Notes: generated from the sequence alone by a model not told the origin. A stretch of 64,000 nucleotides of DNA from Longimicrobiales bacterium (GCA_965238005.1 OZ250165.1:2720001-2784000); one strand, 5' to 3'; numbered from the stretch's first letter, positions 19,919-30,579 are shown. Numbers and translations: made by a program.

Positions 19919-20749
19919 GTGAGCGACGCGTCGAACATGGACGCCCCCTCAGGCTCTGACATAGTCCTTCAGGCCAAGGCCCTACCCCACCGGTCACCAC
20001 GAGAGCAGGCCCAGGCCCTAGTCGCCCTAATCCCCTACGTCGGCGGTGCAGTATCGGCGTACTGGGCGGGTAAGGACCTTGAGAGAGTCGTGGAGCGTAT
20101 CGAGCAGTTCGTGGGGGAGACCAGTGCTCGCATACGGCGCCTGGAAGCCCATGACAATCTCGATAAGGGCTTTCTTGAGACCGAGGAAGCGGCCGAATTT
20201 GTTATTGAGGTGACGAATACGGTCACCTTGGAGCGCGACTCCGAGAAACGGAATCTCTACGCGACCATCCTCGCAAATACCGCTCGACGGGATATCAACC
20301 GTTCGTTTTACCCGACGGCCCTGAAGCTGCTCGACGCGCTGGCACCCATTCATATAGAACTCTTGCGCGAACTCTTGCGGCGGAGAGAGAAGCATGAGAA
20401 AGGTGGGGGAGAGCATCATACCAGCACGAGGGAACTAGCGATCAAACTCCACCTTCAGGATCTGGAACAACTACGGTTGGCCGGACTGTCGGATGAAATT
20501 CCCCACGTCTTTTCCGAGAAGCCGGATGGTGTCCGTGGCTGGGACGCAGCGTTGGGAGCGGCCGACAACATCGGTGGCCCAGGCGCCGAAGCCTTGAAAG
20601 ACAAGTTTCGACAGTGGGACGATGACATCTTGGCGCACCTCCAATACATGGGGAAAGAGGGGTTGGTAGAACAGGTGTCCGAGAGACGAAGCAGCATCAC
20701 CCAGCTGAGTGTCCGACTGTTGGAGTGGCTATCGGAACCCGAGGGCTGA
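19919..20749 (+). CDS. Hypothetical protein, possibly Abi-alpha/DUF4393-like
   Basis: IPYVGG N-terminus, EKRNLYATILAN, C-terminal wHTH-like tail. Confidence 0.6.
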   Translation: MSDASNMDAPSGSDIVLQAKALPHRSPREQAQALVALIPYVGGAVSAYWAGKDLERVVERIEQFVGETSARIRRLEAHDNLDKGFLETEEAAEFVIEVTNTVTLERDSEKRNLYATILANTARRDINRSFYPTALKLLDALAPIHIELLRELLRRREKHEKGGGEHHTSTRELAIKLHLQDLEQLRLAGLSDEIPHVFSEKPDGVRGWDAALGAADNIGGPGAEALKDKFRQWDDDILAHLQYMGKEGLVEQVSERRSSITQLSVRLLEWLSEPEG

Positions 20750-20767
20750 CCCACCAACCGTCCCCGC

Positions 20768-21487
20768 TCAAGACTCTTTGCCCTCGTCTGTCTCGGGAGC
20801 GGCTGGGGCCATCTCCATAATCCTCTTTCCGATGGCCTTGAGCGACTCATCGGTCAACGACGGCCCTGTGCCAAGTGTCGACGTGCTCGTGTCCGCTGCG
20901 CCCACCAGGGAGTTAGGGGCTTGGTCGGGGAGCGGTCCTCTCCACGCGATGTACTCACGACCCTTTGGCGTCACCTCAATCAGGCCATCCCCCATCAGGA
21001 CCAAGTGGTGCCCTGCCAGCGCAGCGAGTATCGCGTTTCGCTCATTCGCACTGGGAATGAAGGCGTGAAGATCGGAGTCGAGGAGTCGCAGGGCGATTGG
21101 ACCGGCGGAAGAAGCTATGTGGTCCAGAACCAGTTGAGTCGCACGGACCAAGTAGCGATTTAGGTAGCGGTACTCCCACAGGTATGTCGCTGCCCGCTCT
21201 GACCGAATTGCTTCCCTCAGTCGATCGGCCTCTGCCCCACTGACGTCGGGTGGTAGCTCGACGTCGCCTTCTGGTACCTCGGGGGCGTCCTTGGTATCAG
21301 TTGGTGGGGCCTGTCGAGGAAGGGCGATCTCGCCCCCTCCTGGGAAACGGATCCTCGCAATCCGCCCGATTAGGGAACGCACCTCTTTCTTGAACAGAAC
21401 GAGCACAACCGTGCCGAGCAGGCCCACAAGAGGCGGCCAGCTTAGAAGGACCTCGAGATACGCGAGGACGATCTGGTGCACTTCCAT
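20768..21487 (-). CDS. Hypothetical membrane-anchored protein with a wHTH-like domain
   Basis: N-terminal TM LSWPPLVGLLGTVVLVLF; IEVTPKGREY; GGAGG RBS. Confidence 0.75.
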   Translation of the reverse strand: MEVHQIVLAYLEVLLSWPPLVGLLGTVVLVLFKKEVRSLIGRIARIRFPGGGEIALPRQAPPTDTKDAPEVPEGDVELPPDVSGAEADRLREAIRSERAATYLWEYRYLNRYLVRATQLVLDHIASSAGPIALRLLDSDLHAFIPSANERNAILAALAGHHLVLMGDGLIEVTPKGREYIAWRGPLPDQAPNSLVGAADTSTSTLGTGPSLTDESLKAIGKRIMEMAPAAPETDEGKES

Positions 21488-21613
21488 CTGCCCTACCTCC
21501 TCCGTTGGGTGCCTGGCGAGAAAGATCGTCTGATGCGAGGGGCTGGACCAGCGTCGTCCATCCCGTGGGTCGTAGAACGAATTAACTAGACACGCTCCAC
21601 CACGTCGGCGATC

Positions 21614-21740
21614 GAGGTTGGGTCAATAGGTGTGTAAACGTATCAGGCGGCATTCTTCCGCTGTTGTGTTGAGACGGGCTTTCCGTCTTCGAACTTCCTT
21701 CCTTCAAACACGTCCTTGAGGAGGTGAGGAGCGCTCGATC
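21614..21740 (-). pseudogene. IS256-family transposase C-terminus and right IR
   Basis: APHLLKDVFEGRKFEDGKPV...AA*; IR gaggttgggtcaataggtgtgtaaa matches the IR at 19900 at 20/25 positions. Confidence 0.75.
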
Positions 21741-21885
21741 TGAGCGCGGGTCATGAGCCGTTCACGGTTATCCAGCGTCAACCGGGCGTTTGCGGCAGCG
21801 AAGCCACTCGGGTCGGTCGGAGGATCATGCCATCCATCTCACTGGGGGTCTTGTGGGAAAGTCTTACAAAATGTAAGATAGGATC

Positions 21886-22179
21886 ATGGACGAGATTCCG
21901 AAGTTGTCGAAGAAGGAGGCGGTCATCCTCCACCTCCTTGTGAACCAGGGCAGCATGTATGGCCTGGAGATGATCCGTGTGAGCGACGAATTGAAGCGCG
22001 GCACTGTCTATGTGACTCTGGGCCGGATGGCGGAAAAGGGCTACGTCGAGTCCAACCTGGAGGACGCACCGGAGGGCGGAGTCGCTCGGAGAGTCTATCA
22101 GGCCACCGGACACGGCAAGCGCGTCCTTAGCTTTTGGGAGCGAATGCGGTCGCTCGCCCCCTCCTTGAGCACGGCATGA
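21886..22179 (+). CDS. PadR-family transcriptional regulator
   Basis: MYGLEM, GTVYVTLGRMAEKGYVES, RRVYQATGHG. Confidence 0.9.
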   Translation: MDEIPKLSKKEAVILHLLVNQGSMYGLEMIRVSDELKRGTVYVTLGRMAEKGYVESNLEDAPEGGVARRVYQATGHGKRVLSFWERMRSLAPSLSTA

Positions 22180-22982
22180 ACGGCTTCCACGACACCTCCG
22201 GGCTCCTTCGTCAGATAGAGGCTCTGAGGACCGCGATGGAGAGCATTCGTCGAACGCAGAAAGCGCTGGAATGCTCTCCCGTGCTGGAAGGAGTCCGAAG
22301 AGCGCAGGAGGCGCTGGACAACTCCCAGCTGTCCGAGAGCATTCGCCGGACGCAGAAGGCGCTCGACTGTTCTCCCATGCTGGAAGGAATCCGAAGAGCG
22401 CAGGAGGCCTTGGACAACTCCCAGCTGTTCGAGAGCATTCGCCGGACGCAGAAGGCGCTCGACTGCTCTCCGATGCTGGAAGGAATCCGAAGAACGCAGG
22501 AGGCCCTTGGCAATTCAAGCCTGGCCCTTCATAGAGTCATCCGCCAGATGGCGAAGGCAAACGCTCTGGACTTCCGCGTTGGACATACCGGGACCCGCCT
22601 GGCTGCTCACGTAACTGAGGCTAAAGTGACGAGAGAAAAGGCGCAGGGGCGCGATCTGCGTGGTCGGCGACTAAGAAAAGCCGGGCAAACCGCTACGAAC
22701 TGGCTCGTGCGGTTGGCGAGTCGCCGAAAAGTCCAACGGCCGGTTGGTTCCTCGCTGCGCGGCGTCGCCGAGTTCGTTTTCTCCAAGAAGTCTTGCGAGC
22801 AAATCTACGACCCGCTAATCAATGACTTGCGGTTTGAGTATTTCGAGGCCTTGGCTTCGAACCGCAGGTGGAAGGCACGGTGGGTGCACGCGCGGGGATA
22901 CGGTAGCTTCTTGACAGCTGTGTTAGCCCACGCTGCTGCGTCGGGCGGTCATCTTGTTGTTCGGGTATGGCGAATCTTCTAG
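22176..22982 (+). CDS. PadR-coupled hypothetical protein with three 32-aa helical repeats
   Basis: ATGA overlap with padR; 96-bp units starting at 22241, 22337 and 22433. Confidence 0.75.
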   Translation: MNGFHDTSGLLRQIEALRTAMESIRRTQKALECSPVLEGVRRAQEALDNSQLSESIRRTQKALDCSPMLEGIRRAQEALDNSQLFESIRRTQKALDCSPMLEGIRRTQEALGNSSLALHRVIRQMAKANALDFRVGHTGTRLAAHVTEAKVTREKAQGRDLRGRRLRKAGQTATNWLVRLASRRKVQRPVGSSLRGVAEFVFSKKSCEQIYDPLINDLRFEYFEALASNRRWKARWVHARGYGSFLTAVLAHAAASGGHLVVRVWRIF

Positions 22983-23205
22983 GCGGCCGGATAGAGGTAG
23001 GAGTACGGTAATCGCCTGAAACCCGGCCTCACCGAAGTGAGGGTCTACTCGGCTGGTTGCCGCCCGCGGACCGAGGACCAGTGGTTTTCTTTGGCCCTGC
23101 ACGGTGAGCGTAGCGCGCCGGGACGGTGGAGGTCGCCCACACCACGACCTTCTGCCGATCAGCTACAGGTGCGCGGTGCCGACGCGGACGATTCGCCCAA
23201 TTCCT

Positions 23206-25782
23206 TCACAATGTCCCCCGAAACAGCATCTCGTTCAGCCGCGCCTGCCACTCGTCCTCATCCACGACCTCGAAGCGCAGCACCTTGCTTCGCATCGCGG
23301 GCGCGAACTCGGCCCAATCGGCCTTGCGGGCGTGCTCGCTGCAGATGTCGAAGACGGACCGCTTGTATTCGGTATCCTCAGACGCCTTCAGGTGAACACC
23401 CTTGGTTTCGACCACGAACACCTGGTGGAAGCCGTCGTCCGCCCCGGGCTCGTCGCTCTGCAGTGTCACGATGAAGTCGGCGTAGATCCGGCGCGGCTTC
23501 CATCCCTGCACGTAATAGTCCTTGCGGGCGCGGTTGCGGTACCAGAAGAACAGCCGCGCCTGCTGGTCCAGGTAGGTCGCGACCTTGTTCTCGAACTGGT
23601 TGAGATCGTCCTCCGTGGTAACGTCGAAGAGGTTGCGCTGGTAGGGACTGCCGTCCTCTCGGTTCGCCTGCTTCGCCTTCGGGCCCTCGATCTTCTCGGG
23701 CAGGCGACCGAATTCAAGATCCTCTGCGACGACCAGAAAACGCATCCTTCCCGACTCTAGGAGGGCACGGAAGACCTCGCGCGACAGGCGGTCGCGCTCC
23801 ATCTCGACCTGTCGGCGCAGCTCTTCAAGGACGAACACATGATTGGCCGCCACCCGCTTGGTTGGGTAACGCTTGAGCAGGACCTCGAAGGTGCGTCGGG
23901 CGAGATCGCGGCCCCACCACGGGTTGGGAACCAGGTCCAGGAGGTGGCTGGCCGCGAAAAAGTAGTCCACGGGATCGCCGCCGTTACCCGAGTCGGCGGC
24001 GGGGGGGGCTTCGACGTTTCCGGGATCACCGCCGTTCGGGACGCCCGGCTCCACAACACGTTCCTCGGTCAGGTTCGCCCGGAGCAGGTCATCTCCCCCT
24101 CGCCCCTCGTCCAGCGTCAGATCGTCCAGCGCGGAGAGGTCGATGTCGTCCCAAGGCAACCGCGAAAGGATGTCCGCCTCGTAATGGACCAGACGCCAGC
24201 CGTCCACATCCCGGATCATGAACGCGGGAAAGACGAGATCACGCGCCGCCGCTCTATACGGCGTGCGCTGCCGGGTCGCCAGCTTCTCCGTTGGGCGCGT
24301 CGGGCCGCCATCGGATACCACCCTCCCTTCGAGGCCCTGCAACCCCTCCAACCCGAACCCCTTCCTGACCTCTTTCAGCAGTTCGTTTCCCCGGCGGCTG
24401 AAGCAGAAGACGTAGCTCTCGTCAAGCAGGGGCACTCCCGTCTTGCACGCGTAGGGCTGCCGCAGGATCCGGCCCACCAACTGGGTGATCCCCGTTTTCG
24501 ACATCGGGTTGGTGAGGATAGTGAGGACGTAGGCGAACGGGCAGTCCCAGCCCTCCTGCAACGCTTGTTTGGTGATGATGAAGCGGATCGGACAGTCGCG
24601 GGACATCAGGCCACCAACGTCGTCCACCTCCTTGAGTTCGTCCTTCACGCTAGTCTTGACCGCAATGTGCTCCGGAGCGATTCCCGGGTGCTGGAGCAGG
24701 TACTCGCGCACATCATCGGTGTGCACGTACCCGGGCTTCCTCTGCTCCTTGCCGGTCCGCTCCACCTGGATTACGCAGATGGGACGGATGTAGGTCCCGG
24801 ACTCGGCTTCACGAAGCCGCGCCTCGGCCTCGAGAGTTTCGCGGTGTTCGACCGACTCCAGCAGCGTGCCGCGCCAGTCACCGCTCGCCTTGTTACGGAT
24901 GTGCAGGTCGAGCTTGATCATCTCCTCAGCGTTGAGTTCCCGGCCCAGGATCTCGACGAGCACGTTGGCAGCGTTGGCCGGAGTGGCCGAAAGCTCGACG
25001 ATCATGCAGGGGTTGAACCCTTCGAGCGTTGCCTTCGCGTTGACGCTGTAGGCCTTGTGTCCCTCGTCGAGGATAATCAGCGGTCGCAGCAGCCGCACGG
25101 TGTTCCCGAGGGATGTCTTGATGTAGCGGCCCCAGAACCCCGTCGTTTGCTCGAAGGTGTCCAGATTGGGGTGTTCCTCAAGCAGTTTGGCGTGCGCGGC
25201 GGGATCGTCGTCCGGGGGGAAGAACCTGTCGAAGCCGCCGCTGTCGCGGAACATCCGGAGCGTATCCTTCGTCCGCCGGTTAGCCGACGGGAGCATGAGC
25301 AGGAGGATGCATAGGTTCTCGGCGACATCGCGCGGGCCGAACGCCATAGTCTTCTCGAAGATGCGCGTGCGCTGACCCGAAGAAAGGTCGAGCTGCTGCC
25401 GGTACGGGTGGTCGCGGTCCTTGAGCGCCCTGAGCGTCTGGTTGTAGATCTGCGTCGTGGGCACGATCCACAGCACCAGGCCGCGCCGGCTCTGCCGGAA
25501 TTGCGCGTTGACGAGATCGATCACCCGCGTCGCGAGCAGCGTCTTGCCGCCGCCGGTCGGGATCTTGAGGCAGAAGGCGGGAAGCTGCTCGCCGAGTCCG
25601 TTGCGGCGGGGGTGGTAGGGCCGCCCGGCCACGGTCTTGCCCCAAGCCCGCTGCACCCAGTCGAACCGCCATTCGGAGTCCTGGCTTCGCGCCGCCGCGT
25701 CCTTCTCCCGCCACACCGCAAGCTGTTCGAGGAAGCTGCGGACCGTCGCCAGCGTCTGCTTCTGGTATTCCTTCAGGATCAT
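23206..25782 (-). CDS. res: Type III restriction enzyme Res subunit
   Basis: PTGGGKT, DEGH, LQEGWD, QLVGRILR, C-terminal YADF...VETKG nuclease. Confidence 0.92.
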   Translation of the reverse strand: MILKEYQKQTLATVRSFLEQLAVWREKDAAARSQDSEWRFDWVQRAWGKTVAGRPYHPRRNGLGEQLPAFCLKIPTGGGKTLLATRVIDLVNAQFRQSRRGLVLWIVPTTQIYNQTLRALKDRDHPYRQQLDLSSGQRTRIFEKTMAFGPRDVAENLCILLLMLPSANRRTKDTLRMFRDSGGFDRFFPPDDDPAAHAKLLEEHPNLDTFEQTTGFWGRYIKTSLGNTVRLLRPLIILDEGHKAYSVNAKATLEGFNPCMIVELSATPANAANVLVEILGRELNAEEMIKLDLHIRNKASGDWRGTLLESVEHRETLEAEARLREAESGTYIRPICVIQVERTGKEQRKPGYVHTDDVREYLLQHPGIAPEHIAVKTSVKDELKEVDDVGGLMSRDCPIRFIITKQALQEGWDCPFAYVLTILTNPMSKTGITQLVGRILRQPYACKTGVPLLDESYVFCFSRRGNELLKEVRKGFGLEGLQGLEGRVVSDGGPTRPTEKLATRQRTPYRAAARDLVFPAFMIRDVDGWRLVHYEADILSRLPWDDIDLSALDDLTLDEGRGGDDLLRANLTEERVVEPGVPNGGDPGNVEAPPAADSGNGGDPVDYFFAASHLLDLVPNPWWGRDLARRTFEVLLKRYPTKRVAANHVFVLEELRRQVEMERDRLSREVFRALLESGRMRFLVVAEDLEFGRLPEKIEGPKAKQANREDGSPYQRNLFDVTTEDDLNQFENKVATYLDQQARLFFWYRNRARKDYYVQGWKPRRIYADFIVTLQSDEPGADDGFHQVFVVETKGVHLKASEDTEYKRSVFDICSEHARKADWAEFAPAMRSKVLRFEVVDEDEWQARLNEMLFRGTL

Positions 25783-27398
25783 TGTTCCAGCCTATCGATC
25801 GCTTCGTAGATCTGGAAGGGGAGCTGCTGGAAGTCGATCCGGTACTTGTGAAGGAACTCGCGATCGAGGTACTTGGTGGGCGCGAAGACGAGCTTCCTTC
25901 TCGATCCGGAGGGCAGGGTGCGGGCCATTGGCAACGAAAGCGCGAGATTCTTGAGCTTGTCGACATCGGGCTCGTAGAAGAGGAAGACATCGTGGGACGC
26001 GGTGCGCCCGACGAATCCGGTGTCAAAGTTGGTCTCGGTCGGGTCGAACTCCTGTCCGGTCGCCGTGAAGAAGATGTAGGAGGCCAGTTTCTCCCACGAC
26101 GGCAGGTGGGAGCCGTCGAGGAGCGACTCCTGGCGCATGGGGCGCCCAAGCTCGAAGTAGCTGAAGGTGCCGCCGAGGCCGGCCTTGAGGGCATCGTCCC
26201 TGGCGCTCGGAACCCCTTGAATGACGCGCCGAACGCGCTCGGCGGTGATGGTGTTGGCGTAGTCCTCGCACTCGACGAGGATGAAGCGCCGGTTGCCGCC
26301 GTCTTCCCGGTTTTGGGCGAGAACGGCGTGGGCCGTGGTGCCCGAACCGGCGAAGGAATCTAGGATGATCGAGTCGGGGTCGGTGGACAGGAGTACCATC
26401 CGCTGGATGAGCTCGAAGGGCTTGGTGGTGAAGCCGGGCAGCTCTTCCGGGAAGAGCTGTAGCAGCGTCTTCTTCGCACCCTGTGTGTGGTTGACTTCCT
26501 TGTAAGTCCAGATTGTCTCCGGGACCAATCCCGGCTGCACCTCGGACAGAAACCGTTTGATGGCGGGAACCTGGTTCTCGTCGCTACCCCAGAAGATCTG
26601 GTTGTCCTTGTCCAGTTCCCGGAAGCTGTCCTCCGAGACGGACCAGAATCGTCCAGCCGGGGGGCCATCGATGACCCGCCCCCCCGGACACCTAATCGCG
26701 TAGGTGCCCTTGCTATAGGGATTGCGTGCAGAAAGATCGCTGGACTTCCAAGATCCGCGTGGATCGTCATCCGGGTTCCCATAGCGTGCGTCGGCCTCCT
26801 TCGTCCGCGGAAGCAAGTTTCTCTTGAACAACTCCCTTCGTTTCGCGTACACGACCACGAAGTCGTGGTTTTCTGAGAAGTACTTCGCGCTGCTCTTCGG
26901 AGAGTACACTTTCTCCCAAATGATGGTCGCCACAAAGTTCTCCTCCCCGAACACCTCGTCCATCAGACAGCGCAGATGGTGCACCTCGTTGTCGTCGATG
27001 GACACGAAGATCGCCCCGTCCTCCCGGAGCAGTTCGCGGAGCAGCTTCAAGCGCGGCATCAACATGCAGCACCACTTGTCGTGCCGGGTCAGGTCATCGC
27101 GGTCCACCACCCGGCCCAGCCAGTCCCGCATGAGGGGCGAATTCACGTTGTCGTTGTACGCCCAGCCCTCGTTGCCCGTGTTGTAGGGCGGATCGATGTA
27201 GACGCACTTTACCTTTCCGTGATAGGTCGGCAGCAGAGACTTCAGCGCGGCCAAGTTGTCGCCGTGGACGATCAGGTTGTCGTGGAGGCTCGCCTTCTCG
27301 CTCAGCCCGTTCTCTCGCGCCGGCAGCAGCTCGTGGAAGGGTACGGCCAGGTGATGGTTCTCTACGAATACCTTCCCCTTGAAGTGGAGCCGTGGCAA
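25779..27398 (-). CDS. mod: Type III R-M methyltransferase Mod
   Basis: GDNL, IDPPY, ISIDDNE-like VSIDDNE, LDSFAGSGTT; ATGA overlap with res. Confidence 0.93.
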   Translation of the reverse strand: MPRLHFKGKVFVENHHLAVPFHELLPARENGLSEKASLHDNLIVHGDNLAALKSLLPTYHGKVKCVYIDPPYNTGNEGWAYNDNVNSPLMRDWLGRVVDRDDLTRHDKWCCMLMPRLKLLRELLREDGAIFVSIDDNEVHHLRCLMDEVFGEENFVATIIWEKVYSPKSSAKYFSENHDFVVVYAKRRELFKRNLLPRTKEADARYGNPDDDPRGSWKSSDLSARNPYSKGTYAIRCPGGRVIDGPPAGRFWSVSEDSFRELDKDNQIFWGSDENQVPAIKRFLSEVQPGLVPETIWTYKEVNHTQGAKKTLLQLFPEELPGFTTKPFELIQRMVLLSTDPDSIILDSFAGSGTTAHAVLAQNREDGGNRRFILVECEDYANTITAERVRRVIQGVPSARDDALKAGLGGTFSYFELGRPMRQESLLDGSHLPSWEKLASYIFFTATGQEFDPTETNFDTGFVGRTASHDVFLFYEPDVDKLKNLALSLPMARTLPSGSRRKLVFAPTKYLDREFLHKYRIDFQQLPFQIYEAIDRLEQ

Positions 27399-27736
27399 GG
27401 AGCCCTCCTTTGGCGCGTCCAGAGTGTCTCAAGCGCTCCGCCCGCTAGCATCGGACGGATGTTCACCCCCCAAAACTAATGCCTCATGCCCCGGCCGCGC
27501 AGGTCACGCGGCGGTCGTCCGCAGCCGATCCCGTGCCCGTTCCGCCTGCCTCTAGGCCCGGTCGCGTTCGATCCCCCGGCGTCATCTCTGTTGAACCCTG
27601 CGGGGGCGTTTGCCGTGCCGCTGGCGGCGGTGTCCAACAGCCCCTGTACCGTACTGAACGTCTCTGAACGCCACAGGCATTTAGGAGGTTTTCTACGGGT
27701 TGACTTCCTTGCAAACGGCTCCTCACCGTTAGGGGC

Positions 27737-28711
27737 ATGGAGACGCGGAAGCAGCAGTTCAACTCGGCGGCGAGCGATGCGATCGTCCACCTCCAGGGAC
27801 GCGAACAGGCGCTCGCGCCATTCGGCTGGACGGGAGAAAAGGCCGGGTGGATCGCGTTCGTCTGCCTCCACAGCGGCGCGTTCACCCGCGCCCAGTGCGC
27901 GCGGTTCCTTGAAGCGCACCCCGAACAGGTGCGGCGCGTCGTCCACGCCCTGATCGCGCAGGGCCTGGCCGCCGAGGAGACCGTGCCCGACGTCCGCGGG
28001 ATCGGCCGCGTGTGCCGGATCCATGCACGGAGCCTCTATCGCGCGCTCGGAGCCGAGCACATCCGCCACCGCCGCGACGCCTCTCCAGAGGTGCTCATGC
28101 GGCGCCTGCTCTCGCTCGACTACGTCATCGATCATCCCGGCCTGCCGTGGCTTGCCACCGAAGCCGAGAAGGTCGCCGCGTTCGAGGCCCTCGACATCGA
28201 CCGGGGGCTGCTGCCCGTCAGGGTGTACCGGGGAGCCGCCAGCACCGCGCGGCGCTACTTCCCGGTCAAGCTGCCGGTCGCGCTGGACGCCGAGCGCGCC
28301 GTCTTCGTCTACGCCGATCCCGGCCACGATACCGCGACCGCGCTCCGCTCCTGGGGCGTGGCGCACCGCCAACTCTGGTACGCGCTCCGGAGACAAGGCA
28401 GGTCAGTTGAGGTCGTCGTCGCCGCGCGCACGCATCGGGAGATGGAGCGGGCGCGGCAGGTCATGCGAGGCTGGGCCAGGCCTTCCGGCCACGCCGAACC
28501 CGCCCCCGAGGTCCGTGAGGAACTCGACCGGATCGAGCGGGCCATTCTCGAGGGCGCGGTCCAGATCCTCGAAGAGTTCGGCGGCCTCCAGGCCGCCATG
28601 AAGCGCAGCGTCGCGCTCACGAAACAGGCACGGCGACAGGCCGTCCACGGATCGATCCGCCGGGGCAGCACATGGCGGACCGCGCGCCTCGCCGGGGCTC
28701 GCTACCGATGA
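27737..28711 (+). CDS. ICE-backbone wHTH/Rep-like hypothetical protein (paralog of 47010-47945), carried inside E2
   Basis: VCLHSGAFTRAQ, IRHRR, RRLLSLDYV, RYFPVKLPVA shared with the paralog. Confidence 0.75.
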   Translation: METRKQQFNSAASDAIVHLQGREQALAPFGWTGEKAGWIAFVCLHSGAFTRAQCARFLEAHPEQVRRVVHALIAQGLAAEETVPDVRGIGRVCRIHARSLYRALGAEHIRHRRDASPEVLMRRLLSLDYVIDHPGLPWLATEAEKVAAFEALDIDRGLLPVRVYRGAASTARRYFPVKLPVALDAERAVFVYADPGHDTATALRSWGVAHRQLWYALRRQGRSVEVVVAARTHREMERARQVMRGWARPSGHAEPAPEVREELDRIERAILEGAVQILEEFGGLQAAMKRSVALTKQARRQAVHGSIRRGSTWRTARLAGARYR

Positions 28712-29027
28712 GCGGGGCGCGACTTACGGCCGGACTGGAGTGCGCAAACGACGTGGGGGTGCGATTCACACTTTGGCCCTCCGGCGATTCACAGGGGCCT
28801 TCCCGCGTATCCACTGGCGGGGCCGTGTCTTGCGCATCCGTGGCCCGGACGGCCGGCGCCGCGCGGGCCGCACCGGCCGTGGCGGGAGCGACCCCCCCTT
28901 CGGGATGCCTGGTACGGCATCGGGGAGGGTTGACATGTGCACGCACCTGCCACCCCTCCCCGGCGGGGTCGCTCCCGGCCAGATATCCCTCCGGGAAGGG
29001 TTTTCAACGCCGCTGCCAGGCGGCGGA

Positions 29028-30410
29028 TCACCCAGTTCGCCGACCGTCCAGCCGGTGTGTCGGCGCTACCGCGAAGGACCCGGGCGGGGAGCTGGGGACA
29101 GGGCCGACCGTGGGAGGCACGGCTCCAGCTACCGGGAACGGCGGGCCGTGAGTTGGTGTTCCGGGATCCCCGGCGACGTTGGTATTTCGGAAAGCCCCGG
29201 TTCCGTGAGTCGCCTCGATCTCTTCCCCGGCTCTGAGCCGGTCCAGATAGTCGGCCCAGGCCTGCATCATCACGCGGCGCTCGGGCAGGAACGCCGTCCG
29301 GTTGTAGGCCCGGCCGTTGGGGTCCCTGACCCGGTGGGCCAGCTGGTGCTCGATGAAGTCGGGCCGGAAGCCCAGCACCTCGTCCAAGATGGTGCGCGCC
29401 ATCGCCCGGAAGCCATGCGGCGTCATCCGTTCCGGAGGGATGTCCAAGGCCCGGAACGCCCCCCAAAAGGTGGTGTTGCTCATCGTCCGGTCGCGTTGCC
29501 GATAGCGCGCATTCGGGAACACGTAGCGGTGGTGCCCCGTCACGGGATGCAACTCGCGAAGGATCTCGACCGCCTGACGCGCCAGTGGGACCACATGCGG
29601 CGTGTCGGTCTTGGTCGCCGTGTAGCGCCACTCGGCTCCATCGAGGTCGATGTCGGCCCATTCGGCCTTGCGCAACTCGCCGGGCCGCACGAAGAGCAGC
29701 GGCACCAGACGCAGCGCGCACCGCACCGGCAGCGTGCCCGGGTAGCCGTCCAGGAGCCGGAGAAGCGGGCCGACCTCCTTCGGGTCGGTGATCGCCGGGA
29801 AGTGCTTCCGCTTCACCGGAGGGAAGGCTCCGCGCAGGTCCCCCGACACGTCCCGCTCCGCTCGGCCCGTTGCCACCGCATAGCGCAGCACCCGCCCACA
29901 GACCTGAAGCGTGCGATGCGCCGTGTCCAGGGTGCCGCGGGCTTCGATGCGGCGCAGCGCGGCCAGCAGCTCCGGTGCCGTGAGCTCCGCGACCGGCTTC
30001 TCTCCGATCCACGGGAAGACATCCTTACCCAGATCGCGCTCGAGTCGCCGAGCGTAGCTCGCGCACCAGTTCGGCGAGTGCTTGGCGAGCCATTCAGCGG
30101 CCACGGCCTCGAAGCTGTTCCTGGCCCATTGCCGCTTCGACTGCTTCTGCGCCTTCCGGTAGGCGCTCGGGTCGATGTCCCGGGCCAGCAGCTTGCGGGA
30201 ATCGTCGCGCCGCTCGCGGGCGAGCTTCAGCGAGACCTCGGGATAGATGCCCATCGAGATGCGCTTCTCCTTCTCGGCGAAACGGTACTTGAAGCGCCAG
30301 GCCTTGGTGCCGCGCGGGGCGATCTCGAGGTACAGGCCGCGGCTGTCGTAGAGCTTGCGCGGCTTGTCGCGGGGCTTGGCCTTTCGGATGGCGGTGTCGG
30401 TCAGCGGCAT
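29028..30410 (-). CDS. int: P4-like integrase of E2
   Basis: MPLTDTAIRKAKP, DSRGLYL, FVRPGELR, HGFRAMART, QLAH, AYNR. Confidence 0.95.
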   Translation of the reverse strand: MPLTDTAIRKAKPRDKPRKLYDSRGLYLEIAPRGTKAWRFKYRFAEKEKRISMGIYPEVSLKLARERRDDSRKLLARDIDPSAYRKAQKQSKRQWARNSFEAVAAEWLAKHSPNWCASYARRLERDLGKDVFPWIGEKPVAELTAPELLAALRRIEARGTLDTAHRTLQVCGRVLRYAVATGRAERDVSGDLRGAFPPVKRKHFPAITDPKEVGPLLRLLDGYPGTLPVRCALRLVPLLFVRPGELRKAEWADIDLDGAEWRYTATKTDTPHVVPLARQAVEILRELHPVTGHHRYVFPNARYRQRDRTMSNTTFWGAFRALDIPPERMTPHGFRAMARTILDEVLGFRPDFIEHQLAHRVRDPNGRAYNRTAFLPERRVMMQAWADYLDRLRAGEEIEATHGTGAFRNTNVAGDPGTPTHGPPFPVAGAVPPTVGPVPSSPPGSFAVAPTHRLDGRRTG

Positions 30411-30579
30411 GTTGGGGCACCGGTTGAGGTTTCAGGAATATGCCCCAAAACATGCCCCAGAAAAGTCGTGGCTGTCAAGGGGTGGCACTGGATGTTCCGG
30501 AGTATGAGAAATCTCCCAACTCATTATATATCACTGTTTATGTGTACACTAAGGAGCATTACTGCACGTCAATGGATGC

